A stretch of 64,000 bases of DNA from Mobula hypostoma (taxonomy: Eukaryota). How positions within the stretch are numbered: the stretch's first letter is position 1; every line of letters starts with the position of its first letter. The stretch spans positions 28,646,001 to 28,710,000 of the forward strand of contig NC_086108.1 in NCBI RefSeq assembly GCF_963921235.1. The letters are read 5' to 3'. The position numbers and the translations under genes were made by a program. The notes under the pieces were generated by a model. It was not told the origin of the DNA, searched no databases, and worked only from the letters and a program-made list of their open reading frames with translations. Positions 24,301 through 36,951 of this stretch are shown piece by piece.

Positions 24301-26005
24301 CCTTCCTATAATGCATATTCCTCTCATTTGTAAGTCAGCCTCTGTGCAAGTACATACACAAGCCCCATTGTCAATGTGCAGATCATCTACTGTAGCTGAT
24401 ATGATCTTGGGTCTGGAATGGTATGGAATAGGTTGAATAATTTGTCATTACACTTATAGATTGTCTCCACTCCAGTGAGAAAGTTGTTAGAGATAAAGTG
24501 CCACATTGCAATAAGGAAGAGTGAAAAGAGTATTAAAGTGATGACACAGTGTTGCTTGACATCAGTCTACACTGAGATTGGAACCATTGTAGATTAATTG
24601 GTTAGGATAACACTTCGCATGCCATTGTGAAGCAAATGGAAAATTGAGACCTGTGGGCAAGTAGATTTGAAGAAGATGCTCCACTGAGCCTCTCAAATGA
24701 TGGAGTCAAAGGCTCTAGTTGAGATCAAAACATTCTATGCATAATGATTGATCCTGCTTCCTGCACTTTTTCCTGGAGTTGTTGTAAAGGGATTTCATGT
24801 TCACTGTGACTTTACATGGAAGGATTTTTCACTTCAATTTGAGGAGCAGTTCTTCAGCCAAAAAGGAGGGTGCTATTGAAGAAGTTCCACATGGCAACTT
24901 CCCCAGTGGCAGACAATGTGGAAAATTATCTATGGACACCACAGTTATATCTGTCTTCTTTCTTGGATGATTATGACCACCTCTAAGATTTGCTAGCATG
25001 TCCTTTTCCTCCTACAAACAAGAATTAAAGCTGTGAATTTGCAGCAGAATTTCTCCACCAATAGTCTTTTGAACTTCCGCAAGGACACTGTCTGCTTCAG
25101 AGACCTAGTTGTTTTTCACTGGCAACAGGGTCTTTTCAATACGGTCTGTCAAGTGGCAATGATGCTGAACTGGATAGTTTTCTGTGAAACGGAATCAAAG
25201 TTATTTACATCAAAGACTGTGACAGTTGTGAATATCTGTGAAATGTTCCTTCCAATCAACACAGACTGCCACACCGGGTTGGCCAAACGGCCTTTGCAGT
25301 GCTAAAGATTCCATGCATTTCATGGTCAGCAGCAAGTTGCTGTATCTTTAATACTCTTTCTGCTCATCATCTGCTCTTTAAAACATTCATGCTTTTATGG
25401 ACCTCAACCTTCAGATGTTTGTTGGTGCTCTTTCTTTTGTAGCATGATGGAGCTTCTAGTCATATCAAAAGCTTACACTTGAAGTTGATTACCTCCTGAT
25501 TTGTATTCATTATTCACATCAGACCAAACATTGTTCTTTCTCAAGTGGGGAAGCCATTGTAAATACTAATCAGAGGCTTATGGCCACTTACAGCTTCAGT
25601 TAATTGGCAGTAATGCAGTCGGTGAGGCACTCTCTAAGAACAGCTGCCTTTCTAGATTCCTTGAGACCTTCAACAATTTCTTGCATTAAAACATTTTTGA
25701 AGCTGTTGTGTACATAATCAATGCCCATCTTAGAATGACATCAGATGCAACTCTTAAAGCTGCAAAATACTTCCTTCCACTTCCAGCCCGCGCCCCCCCC
25801 CCGCCCAGTCTGGTCTCAACAGTTCAGTCCACTAAATGCAATCTCATAACATGTCAAACAAGAAGGATGTTAGAACCGGTGTTTCTTCTTCCTCTCACAG
25901 AGTACTAGTTTGTTAAACCAAATTATCAACCCATTCTTTCTCACACAATCTTCCTAACAGCAGATAAGTGAAAGAATATAGAAAATCCTATGCTTCATTG
26001 TACAA

Positions 26006-26089
26006 GCAACACACATCAACTTTGCTGCGTTCACCAGCAACTTTGATGTGTGTTGCTTGAATTTCCAGCATCTGCAGAATTCCTGTTGT
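26006..26089 (+). mobile_element. Short fold-back PLE insertion
   Basis: 13-bp TSD cttcattgtacaa; gcaacacacatcaa inverted against ttgatgtgtgttgc. Confidence 0.85.
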
Positions 26090-27796
26090 CTTCATTGTAC
26101 AATAGCACTTTCACTAATCAGAAACACTGGAATAGAGTTCTTCAGGGATTTTGGCTAGAAGAGTCAACATGCACTTTTAAGTCTATTAATGCTTACAGAT
26201 TCAGGTGAACAAGAAAGCAAACTAGGGAGTGAAATACAGTGAGTTTAAGCAAACTAATTAAACTCATTAGATTATCTTGACCTAATATTTTAACACTTGG
26301 GGACTAATATTCAGTGGTAGATGTGGAGCTAGGCAGGCCCTGCAGCTTTTCTATCTTTCAGTACATCGGATGGGAAACTTTAGGAAGCAGCTAATTGTAT
26401 TTGACAACTATAATTACCTAGAACACAGAGGATCACATGAATGTCAATAATTACAGATTTATTTTCCCCTAGAGGGTAGAAAAGAAGATTGGATTAGGAA
26501 ATGTAAGATTCACCTTGATTGCAGGTGGTCTTGAATTCAAGCCTTAAAGTGCATCTAGAGACAGTTCACAAACACAGGTTAGCATTTTTGCAGGAACTCT
26601 GCCAGAGCATGAAATTGGAAAAAATACTTTACCTAATGGAATATAGAGAGGTGAATCCCTAAGAAATCCATCACTGTCCCAAGTATTGGCTATTATGAAA
26701 TTATATCTATTTTCCCATTTGACCAATTCCCTCAACCCCCATAATAGTTTGAGCAGTAATGTAATTACTCCAGAACTACAAAAATGTAGTAAGAATTCTA
26801 AAAGAATGAGTAGACATAATGGCCAAGTGACTGAACTGCACCAGACAACTACTGGCAACTATAAATTACTTAAAATATGATGAGTATGTTTCTCTTTTTT
26901 TACTTCTACCAAGTCACTGCTGGGGAACCCTTTAAAGTAATTCGCCACACTTAATATCAATGACTGGGTCCTTCTCCTCACCATGGCCTATTCCTCTTGT
27001 GCAGGCTCTTAATGATTTTGTGTACTGGGGAGAAATAATTTAATGATTTTCTTGGTTGTGAATTTTTCTTTATTCATACTGCTACTACAACTGAAATACT
27101 TTAATCAAACTGCTGCTTGATTAGGAGGTTCTCCAGAAAACTGGACATATTCCACAGTGACATAAACTGTTTTCTTGCCTTATCAACATTAAAAGTGATG
27201 AAGAGATTATTTCTGAAGTGCTTTTTGCAACCTCAGAATTGGAAAGTTTCAGATAACAAATTGCTTTTGAACTGCATTCAGTTATGATACCTTGCATTTA
27301 GTTCTCAGCTTGACACAAAAAAAACATTTAAAGGCACACTCTCAGGAGACTAACAGAGATCTGGTTGCGAAGGAGGGCAGAGCAACAGGAAATTAATATA
27401 ATCAGCAACAATGGGAACAAAGGGATCATCAACCAGTTGAACAAGGTAATAAATATTATTTCTGAAGGTAGTACTGATATGTGTATTTTGGCAGTGCAGC
27501 CAGGAGATCTCAAAGGGAAACAAGCAAGAGACTTAAACAGAGCCCAGGCATGATACAGAAGAGTAGCATAAATAGCATGACTAGAGGAATATCCATTACG
27601 GTAAATTCATTCGTATGCCTTTTAATAAACATGTAGAAAGCCCCTGCCATATTTCACCCATTAAGCATTGGAATTTGATTAGACATTTCCATTGGTGAAA
27701 CAGTGACAGCGATGTCAACTCTAAATAATGATAAAAAACATGGAAATAGCACAACCTATTAAAATTTCAAAAGCTTGACAAATCAGGACTTGTTAA

Positions 27797-28160
27797 CATA
27801 GTCATAGTCATAGCCATAATCATACTTTATTAGTCCCAGGGGAAATTGGTTTTCATTACAGTTGCTCCATAAATAATAAATAGTAATAGAACCATAAATA
27901 GTTAAATAGTAATATGTACATTATGCCAGTAAATTATGAAATAAGTCCAGGACCAGCCTATCAGCTCAGGGTGTCTGACCCTCCAAGGGAGGAGTTGTAA
28001 AGTTTGATGGCCACAGGCAGGAATGACTTCCTGTGACGCTCTGTGTTGCATCTCGGTGGAATGAGTCTCTGGCTGAATGTACTCCTGTGCCCACCCAGTA
28101 CATTATGTAGTGGATGGGAGACATTGACCAAGATGGCATGCAACTTAGACAGCATCCTCT
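27797..28160 (-). mobile_element. Rex1/Babar-type LINE 3' fragment
   Basis: SHPLH...RCNTERHRKSFLPVAIKLYN; (catagt)n tail. Confidence 0.8.
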
Positions 28161-29837
28161 TAACCATTAGCAGTCAAATATAGTGGTCATATCAAACAGA
28201 AAAACTGAATTAATTTAGCTCCAAAAATATTAAGCAATGCTTTAAATGCATTTGTATGTATTTATAATTTATATATTCCATTTGCAATTTATACTTATAA
28301 AGTGGTAAAGTAAGGCTTGCAATATAACAAAAACAAACAAAATTATTATTTCATGAGTCTAATTAACTAACCATCAAAATAGCCTGAATATTTTAAGATT
28401 TGTTTTACTTAAATTTCTCTCAAAAGCTCGGGGTTAAAGAACCTACAAGTTGGCTAGCCTTAGTAGATATAACTTTATTTATAACCTCCCAGCATGTTTT
28501 ATTCCGAGAATAATTAGAAGTAGTCTCTCCATGCACTGACTTTTTAAAATTTTGCCAAAGCATTAAAAGACCATGGAGGAATTCTGGAATTGTTTTCAAC
28601 CGAGGTATCAAAAGAGTGAAATATTTAACAAGACCAATAACTGCTCGCATTGCCAGAAATGCAAGAAAAATGAGCGGATTATGTTATTTACATTAATTTA
28701 CCTCATCTGAGAGGTCAGTAAGACAAAACAGGCAGGCAAGGTATCTACATTAGTAAATGGAAAATCTTCAGCTCTGCTGGTGGTCTGTTAAGAGTTTAAA
28801 CAAGTGATTGCCTAGAGTTGAGCTTTGGACTATACACCAAGATGCCAATTTATGTTTTTATATGGGATATATTAAATAAATCAATACCAGAAAGAGAAGT
28901 AATTTAAATTCTGCTGATTTATCTCATGTTATAACTGATTTACCTACAGTACTTAAAGTAGTACTACTTTTTATTTCATTAGTACATGAACCTATAAATT
29001 ATCATCAAGCCTTAGAAGATAATTTAGGCAAAATACACTAGTTTTAATATTTTTATGTAAAAACACTAAACATAAATGACTTTTCACAAAACATTTGAGT
29101 AGAAATTATTTCTCAGTTGCATGCAGTGAAAATATGATCTTGAAACATATGTACAATGTACTTCTGCTTCCAAAGAAATCAGTCCCGCTGAAACCAAAGG
29201 AACTGCAAACAAGGAGCTTAACACAAATATGGAACTCTAATTCATGTGAAAGAGTTCAAACTTCTAACCCAATGTCTCCTTTTACAGATTCACAAACAAC
29301 AGTTACTTTGCAAAATGTGAATCCACCCACAGTCGATCCAGGCATAATTGATTTCCTACTTTTTGCATCAGTCTCCACTTGATTGTATACACATAAACAC
29401 ATATACATCATATAAATCAGTGATAATAAACCTGATTTTGATTTAGACATGAACATGACCATACAAATCCACAGCAGGAGCAGACCACTTGGCTTGTCAA
29501 GGAGTTTTCACCATTTAATAAAAACATGGATGATCTAAACTCCACTCCTGTTTAACCTGGCAACCTTACAGCCCCTTACTTAATAGGTATTTATTCTTGT
29601 CTACCTTAAAAATATTCAGACTCTGCTTCCACCGTCCTTTAAGAAGTTTTCCAAAAATCTAACATCCTCTGAGAAAAAGCATCAACTCACCTCTGTCATA
29701 AAGAAGAGGACAAAAGGTCGGGGTCTGTGTTACATGATAAATTGTTTGTACCCAGGACATCTTCAGGGAGCAGTGTCTCAGTAAGGCAGCTTCTATTTTT
29801 TAATCTATTCAATATAATTGATTTACTTTTTTTTATT

Positions 29838-31152
29838 TCAGAATCAGAATCAGGCTTATTATCACCGGCATGTGACATGAAATTTGTTAACTTAGCAGCA
29901 GCAGTTCAATGTAATAAATAATCTAGCAGAGAAAAAATAATAAAATTATAATAATAAGTAAACAAGTAAATCAATTACACATATTGAATAGATTTTTTAA
30001 AACATGCAAAAACAGAAATACTGTACATTAAAAAAAAGCGAGGTAGTGTCCAAAGATTCAATGTCCATTTAGGAATTGGATGGCACAGGGGAAGAAGCTG
30101 TTCCTGAATCGCTGAGTGTGTGCCTTCAAGCTTCTGATGGTAACAGTGAGAGAAGAGCATGCCCTGGGTGCTGGAGGTCCTTAATAATGGACGCTGCCTT
30201 TCTGAGACACCGCTCCCTGAAGATGCCCTGGGTACTTTGTAGGCTAGTACCCAAGATGGAGCTGACTAGATCTACAACCTTCTGCAGCTTCTTTCGGTCC
30301 TGTGCAGTAGCCCCCTCCATACCAGACAGTGATGCAGCCTGTCAGAATGCTCTCCACGGTACAACTACAGAAGTTTTAGAATGTATTTGTTTGACATGCC
30401 AAATCTCTTTGAACTCGTAATAAGTATAGCCACTGTCTTGCCTTCTTTATCACTACGTCGATACGTTGGGACCAAGTTAGATGCTCAGAGATCTTGACAG
30501 TCAAGAACTTGAAGCTGTTCACTCTTTACAATTCTGATCCCTCTGAGGATTGGTATGTATTCCTTTGTCTTGCCCTTCCTGAAGTCCACAGTCAGCTCTT
30601 TTGACTTACTGACGTTGTATGCCAGGTTGTTGCTGCAGCACCACTCCACTAGTTGGCATATCTCAATGTTGTACACCCTCTCATCACCACCTGAGATTCT
30701 ACCAACAATGGTTGTATCGTCAGCAAATTTATAGATGGTATTTGAGCTATGCCTAGCCACACAGTCATGGGTATATAGAAAGTAGAGCAGTGAGCTAAGG
30801 TGCGCAAGTGTTGATCTTCTGCGAGGAGGATACGTTAACACCAATCCGCACAGATTGTGGTCTTGCAGTTAGGAAGTCAAGGATCCAATTGCAGATGAAG
30901 GTTCAGAGGCCCAGGTTCTGCAACTTCTCAATCAGGATTGTGGGAATGATGGTATTAAATGCTGAGCTATAGTCAATGAACAGCATCCTGACGTAGGTGT
31001 TTGTGTTGTCCAGGTGGTTTAAAGCCGTGTGGAGAGCCATTGAAATTGCGTCTGCCCTTGACCTATTGTGGCAATAGGCAAATTGCAATGGCTCCAGGTC
31101 CTTGCTGAGGCAAGAGTTCAGTTTAGTCATGACCAACCTCTCAAAGCATTTC
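29838..31152 (-). mobile_element. Rex1/Babar-type LINE (RT half)
   Basis: [40 protein letters not shown]; (tcagaa)n tail. Confidence 0.9.
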
Positions 31153-31269
31153 ATAATTATTATTATTTTTTTCTCTGCTAAATTAAGTATTGCATTGAAC
31201 TGCTGCTGCTAAGTTACAAATTTCACATCACATGCTGGTGATAATAAACCTGATTCTGATTCTGATTCT

Positions 31270-34200
31270 GGTGCTGGGACATAGCAGTCTTGTCGCACTC
31301 TTGTTACTCTGACCTGGAACATCTAATGATTATGCACCAACCGTACCACTTACCAAGAGAGTTCTCATCCGCAATCCTGACTGCAGTTACCAAAGACCAA
31401 TGTTAAGCAAGTACTCGAGGTACTGAATGCAACAATTAGCAAACAAGAAACAGGCTACCCCGACACCTTTCAAATCATTGTTGGGGACTTCAGTCAGGCT
31501 TGTTTGAAGAAATCTATGCCCAATTGTCATCAACATATCACCTGCAGCACCAAGGGTCCCAACAGACTTGACCACTGTTACACTACTTTTAGGAATGCCT
31601 GCCATTCCATCCTAGACCGCATTTTGGGAATTCTGACCATCTGGCTGACCTACTACCTGCCTACAGGCAGAGGCTAATGAGCAAGACTCTAGAGATAGGG
31701 ACAACAAAGAACTGGTCATGAAAGGCAGAGGAACAGCTATTGGATTGCATCGAGTTGGTGGACTGGGATCTGTTCAAGGACTCAGAGGATCTGAACAAAT
31801 AGGACATAGTTGTCACGGACTTTATAATAACAGTCGTGGATGAGTGTGACCCCACAAAATCATTCAGTCTTCCACAATCAGAAGCACTGGATGTACCAAG
31901 AGATCCGTAATCTGCTCAGGGCCACATCGGTGGCTTTCAGGTCTGGCAACCAAGTAAAATACAAGCAATCCAGGTACGACTTTCGGTACATAATGTCACT
32001 TGCGAAATGGTAATTCTGGACCAAACTTGAATCACTGAAGGATGCTCAGCATCTGTGGCAGGGCTTGATGTTATCACCTCCAACAAAGTGAAGCCAAGTG
32101 ACATACGTGATGACAAGATTTCACTCCCAGATGAGCTCAATTCTGTTTATGTGTTCACGCGGAGGGGTGTGGGAGTTCATCTTTGTAAACTTTCATGGCT
32201 AGCAATGATCCTCTGATTTCAGTCTCTGGGGCCAACATGAGACCCACGGAGAGCATCCGGCACAGACAGGGTACCCGGCTGAATACCGAGGACCTGGGCT
32301 GTTCAACTGGCTGGAGTGTTCCCTGATACCTTTACCCTCTCTCTTTGCCAGTCTGAGGTATCCACCTGCTTCAAGCAAGTTTCAATTGTACTGGTACCTA
32401 AGGAGAACATGGTGACCTGCCTCAATGACTAGTGTCCATTAGCACTTACATCCACTGTGATGAAGTGCTTTGAGAATCAACTCCTATCTGAGAAGCAACT
32501 GCAATTGACTCCAATTTTCCTACTGTCGCAACAAGGTCAACAGCTGATGCCATTTCATTGGCTCTTCACTCAACCCTGGAACATATGAACAGCAAAGATG
32601 CATACATCAGGATGCTCTTCGCTGACTGCAGCTCAGCATTCAATACTATCATCCTGTCAAAGCTAATCAAATCAATAAGCTCCAAGACCTAGGCCTCAAT
32701 ACTTCCTTGTACAACTGGATCCTTGCAGACCCTGGTCAGTTTGGATTGGCAACAATATCTCCTCCACAATCTCCATCAGCACAGATGCACAAGGCTGTCT
32801 GCTTAGTCTCTTGCTGTACTTGCTTTATACTGTGAGGCTAAGCACAGCTCCAATGTTATATTTAAGCTTACAGATGATACCACTGTCACTGGACAAATCA
32901 AAGGTGGTGACGAATCAGCATATACTGTAAGAGAGAGATTAAAAATCTGGTGCAATGTCCACAAACTCTCAATGTCAGCAAGACCAATGAGCAGAATATT
33001 GACTTCAGGAGAAAACTGGAGGTCCATGAGCCAGTCCTCATCAGGGAATCAGAGGTGGAAAGGAACTGTCTGTCTGTCTAGGTACCATATCTGATGCGGA
33101 ATTTGGTGACCATGGTTTTCCATATAGATCTATCCTTCATTTTTTGGATAACTTCCATTTCCTCGATGTGTAGCCACCTGGCTATGCTTTTGATGTACAT
33201 AAGCCAAGGTCTTTCTCTAGGTTTACTCACAATCTTTCCAGAGAGTATAAGTTTTTCTGTTCATCTTTCCGCATGATGTGCCCTAGGAATCCGAGATGGC
33301 TTTCTCTTATTGTTGGCATGAGTGATCGAACTGCTTGGGCTCTTCTGAGAACTTCTTCATTTGATGTGTGTGTGATCCATGATATTTTTAACATCCTCCT
33401 GCAGAACCATAATTCAGCTGCTTCTAGTCTCTTTTCCATTGCTGGAGAAATGGTCCAGCATTCACTTCCATAAGTCAGGATAGAATAAATGTAGCACTGC
33501 AGTATTCTGCTTTCAGTGTACGTGCTCATCTTTCTGTCTGTTAATATAGTCTTCATTTTTTGGAAAGCTTCTTTCGCCGTTGCTATTCTCTATTTGATGT
33601 CTGTGCCGCACCTGCCATTACTTATTAGGCTGCCAAGATATCTGAATTTGTTGACTTGTTTAATGTTTGTATTTCTGATCTTGATCACACATTGTGGGAT
33701 GTTTGTCTTTCTGGAGATGACCATGCTTTCTGTCTTCTTGGTGTTGATTGAGAGGCCTCTACGATTACTTTCTGCTGCCACGATAGAGAGTAGTTCTTGA
33801 AGTTTTGTTTCTGAGTCATCTATTAGTACAATGTCATCAGCATATCTGATGTTATTTATATTATGGCCTCCAATTGTGAACCCTTTGATGTCTTTGATAC
33901 CTCTCAAGATATTTTCACTATACAAGTTGAATAAGTCTGGCGAAAAGACACAACCTTGCCTGACTCCTCTCATGATATTCACATACTCACTCACTTCTCC
34001 TTCTATTCTGATGGATTCTGTCTGGTCCCAGTATAAGTTTCTTAAGAAACGTATATCTTTCCCATCTATGTCAAGATCTTGAAGCATTTCCAGAAGATGG
34101 ACAGTGTCAAAAGCTTTTGTATAGTCAATGAAACATAGGTAGATGTCTTTTTGTACCTGGAACAGCAACTTTAGATTCCTGTGTTATCATTTCAGAGAAC

Positions 34201-34820
34201 CTGTCCTGGAATCAGCACATATGTGCCATAACAAGAAACCATGGCAGCACCTCTACTTTCTTAGAAGTTGGCAAAGATTTGGCATGTCATCCAAAACTTT
34301 GACAAACTCCTATAGTATATTGACTGGTTGAATCACTGCCCAGTATGAAAACACCAATGCCCTTCAAAGGAAAAGCCTACAAAAAGTGGTGGATACAGTC
34401 CAGTCCTCCTATGAGCTTGTCTACATGGAGCACTGTTACAGGAAAGAAGCATCCATCATCAAGGATTCCCCCCCACCTCCCAGGTCATGCTCCCTTCTCA
34501 TTCTGCCATCAGGAAGAAGGTATAGGAGCCTCAGGTCCCACAGGTTCAGGAACAGTTATTACCTCTCAACTATCACGCCCTTGAACCAGAAGGGATAACT
34601 TCACTTACCTGAACACTGAACTGTTCCCACTACCTGTGGACTCACTTTCAAGGACTCTTCATCTCATGTTCACGATATTTATTGTTTATTTATTATTATT
34701 ATTTTCCTTTTTTTGTATTTACTGTCAATGCACATAAGAAATGCACTTAAAGTTGTATATGGTGACATACATGTACTTTGACACTACATTTACAAAATAA
34801 ATTTACATTGTACTTTGAAG
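31270..34820 (+). mobile_element. Decayed Rex1/Babar-type LINE split by an RTE insertion
   Basis: Endonuclease-region (VGDF, LDHCY) and RT-region remnants at 31400-33060; resumes at 34164 through ASIIKD...RFRNSY and the 3' UTR. Confidence 0.8.
33067..34158 (-). mobile_element. RTE-clade LINE 3' half
   Basis: CFIDYTKAFD, GVRQGCVFSPDLFNLYSE, NIRYADD, TYGSECWT; (GACA)n tail; possible ggaac TSD. Confidence 0.9.
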
Positions 34821-36951
34821 CAGATAATCCTTTAAGTTGAGACGCGCTCACTCGTTCTATCTTGTCCCAGAAGAAACATCCTCTCCCCATCCAGCCTGTG
34901 TGGATTTTCTATGTTTCAACTGTCAATTCAATTCGCTTTTCTAAGTATCAGCCACTACAACCCAAGCCTGTCCAGCCTTCCTCACAAGACAACCTGGCCA
35001 TTTCAAGTACTATGATATATTTACACCATTAATGAGAACACCAAATCTCTCAATTATCTTACAATGTTCCTCACTCTTTTCAAGGGTTTATGATGCACAG
35101 TCTTGTTTTCTTTTAAGACACAGAATTATAACTTCTCACTGCAAGCCAGTATGAAAACTTGTGTTCACTCAATGATTTCTTTTTCAGTTAGACAATCAGA
35201 TGCCCTCAAATGCAATCCAAAATTAGAAATTACCTGTAAGCATTATCAGCAAATGCAGCAAGTTTTAATACCTAAAAAAAAGCATTATCTACAATATTTT
35301 GTGGTAACTTGTAACCAAAGAAGCTACCTCGTATAAACCATGTTCTTCACGACTACATCACAATACAGTTTACAGTTCCTGTAGAATACATTCAAATTCT
35401 GGAAGCGAACAGTATTTGTGTTTAATAGAGTGAAAATCATTGGACCAGGAGTTAAAGTTGTGTACATCATCCACCAATCATTTTTGTAGAATATTCTCTG
35501 CTCCAAAGTCCAAAGCTCGTATTTCACTTGACTATATTAGTTAGGATAGCCATGCCACTCATAAACCAGTTTTCCTTTTACAAGCTGGAGTGTAACATCA
35601 ATGGAAAACTGAGAATGAACCATCTTACAACAAGTTTGCAATTGCTCATTGAATTAGATATTTTCATTAGTCATACACCTGTGAGCAAGAGGCAACATTA
35701 TAGCAACAATGTTGAGAATTACACTCCTCAAAAAGAGACCCAAACCAGCAGAACTGAAGAAACTTGCTGAAATCAGAAACAGCAATTAATTCTGAACCAT
35801 CAATGGGGGAAAGAATTTGTGCTTTGCTCCAAAGCTTTCTCCTTGTGATATCAAGCACATCACAGAATTTGTATAATTCCTATAAATCCTGTTATCACTA
35901 CAACATACTATTCCTGTGAAAGACACAGATCTGTGAGTAATGAAGGGAAGTGATATGACATGCCATAAGCAATATGTGCACTGTGTAAAAATTGAAATGG
36001 GCTAAGTTTTGAGGAAAAGTACAGCAACTGCAATATGTTGTTAATTTATTAGGAGTTTCACTAAATTGATTATGTCACAACCAGAAAGAGAATTCAAAGG
36101 GCTGAATGATTCACAGGAAAACCGAGAGAAAAAGATCTATTTTTTGCCTGAGCTCTTGCTCAGAGCCAAGAAAAATCCATCCAAAGAAAATGCAGAATTA
36201 CCTGGACCTGTGAAAGTCAAGATGCTCTTCATTTCAACCATCCATTTTCCCAATCTCTAAATTACATCCCCACATAGCAAATGCACAATTTAAAAGAAAT
36301 ATTACAGACACACATACCATTGCTAATATATATCCACTGCCAAAACAAGTTAACGATGTCTGTCTACCCTTCTCTAAAATGAAAAGCCTGAAGAAGATTA
36401 TGCTGCCTAATTAGAGTCCATCAAAGCAGTCGGGAGCAGGCACAGTCTGCACAGGCAGCAAGTGTTACTATGGCCTTAGGCCAATGCCAACACTGAAAGA
36501 CAAGACCTGCAAGGATACCTGTGAAAGTCTCAGCTTTAGTGATGGTATTAGGGCAGAAGATCTGACCCAACTGTTTTCTAAAAACAGTTTTGATTTCTGC
36601 AATAACAACATCTGCTCTTCAAAATCAATACATTTGATTTTCTTCCATCCACCTGAAGGACTAGCCAAAATCATAACTTAATGCCTCATTAGAAATATAA
36701 CATTTGAAGGAGAGAGTGCTGCATAATGTAGGAGTAGCAGTTTACAAAGCAGGGTTGTTATATGCTCTTGTGAACAAGAAGTATATTGAGCAATTTTTGT
36801 AACTTTCAACTTCCTGCTAAATAACTTTCAATCCCTTTTCATTTCTACACCTTCCTTCATTATTTGTCTGTTCAACTGAACCTGCTCAATCCCGGATGCT
36901 ATGACGCACTTGAAACAGAATCAGATTTATTTTCACTTATATAATGACATG

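Noticed and set aside
21900..25780. Possible extra exons or a second gene in intron 3
   Set aside because: No open frames with credible splice context; non-annotated parts look like highly decayed LINE sequence
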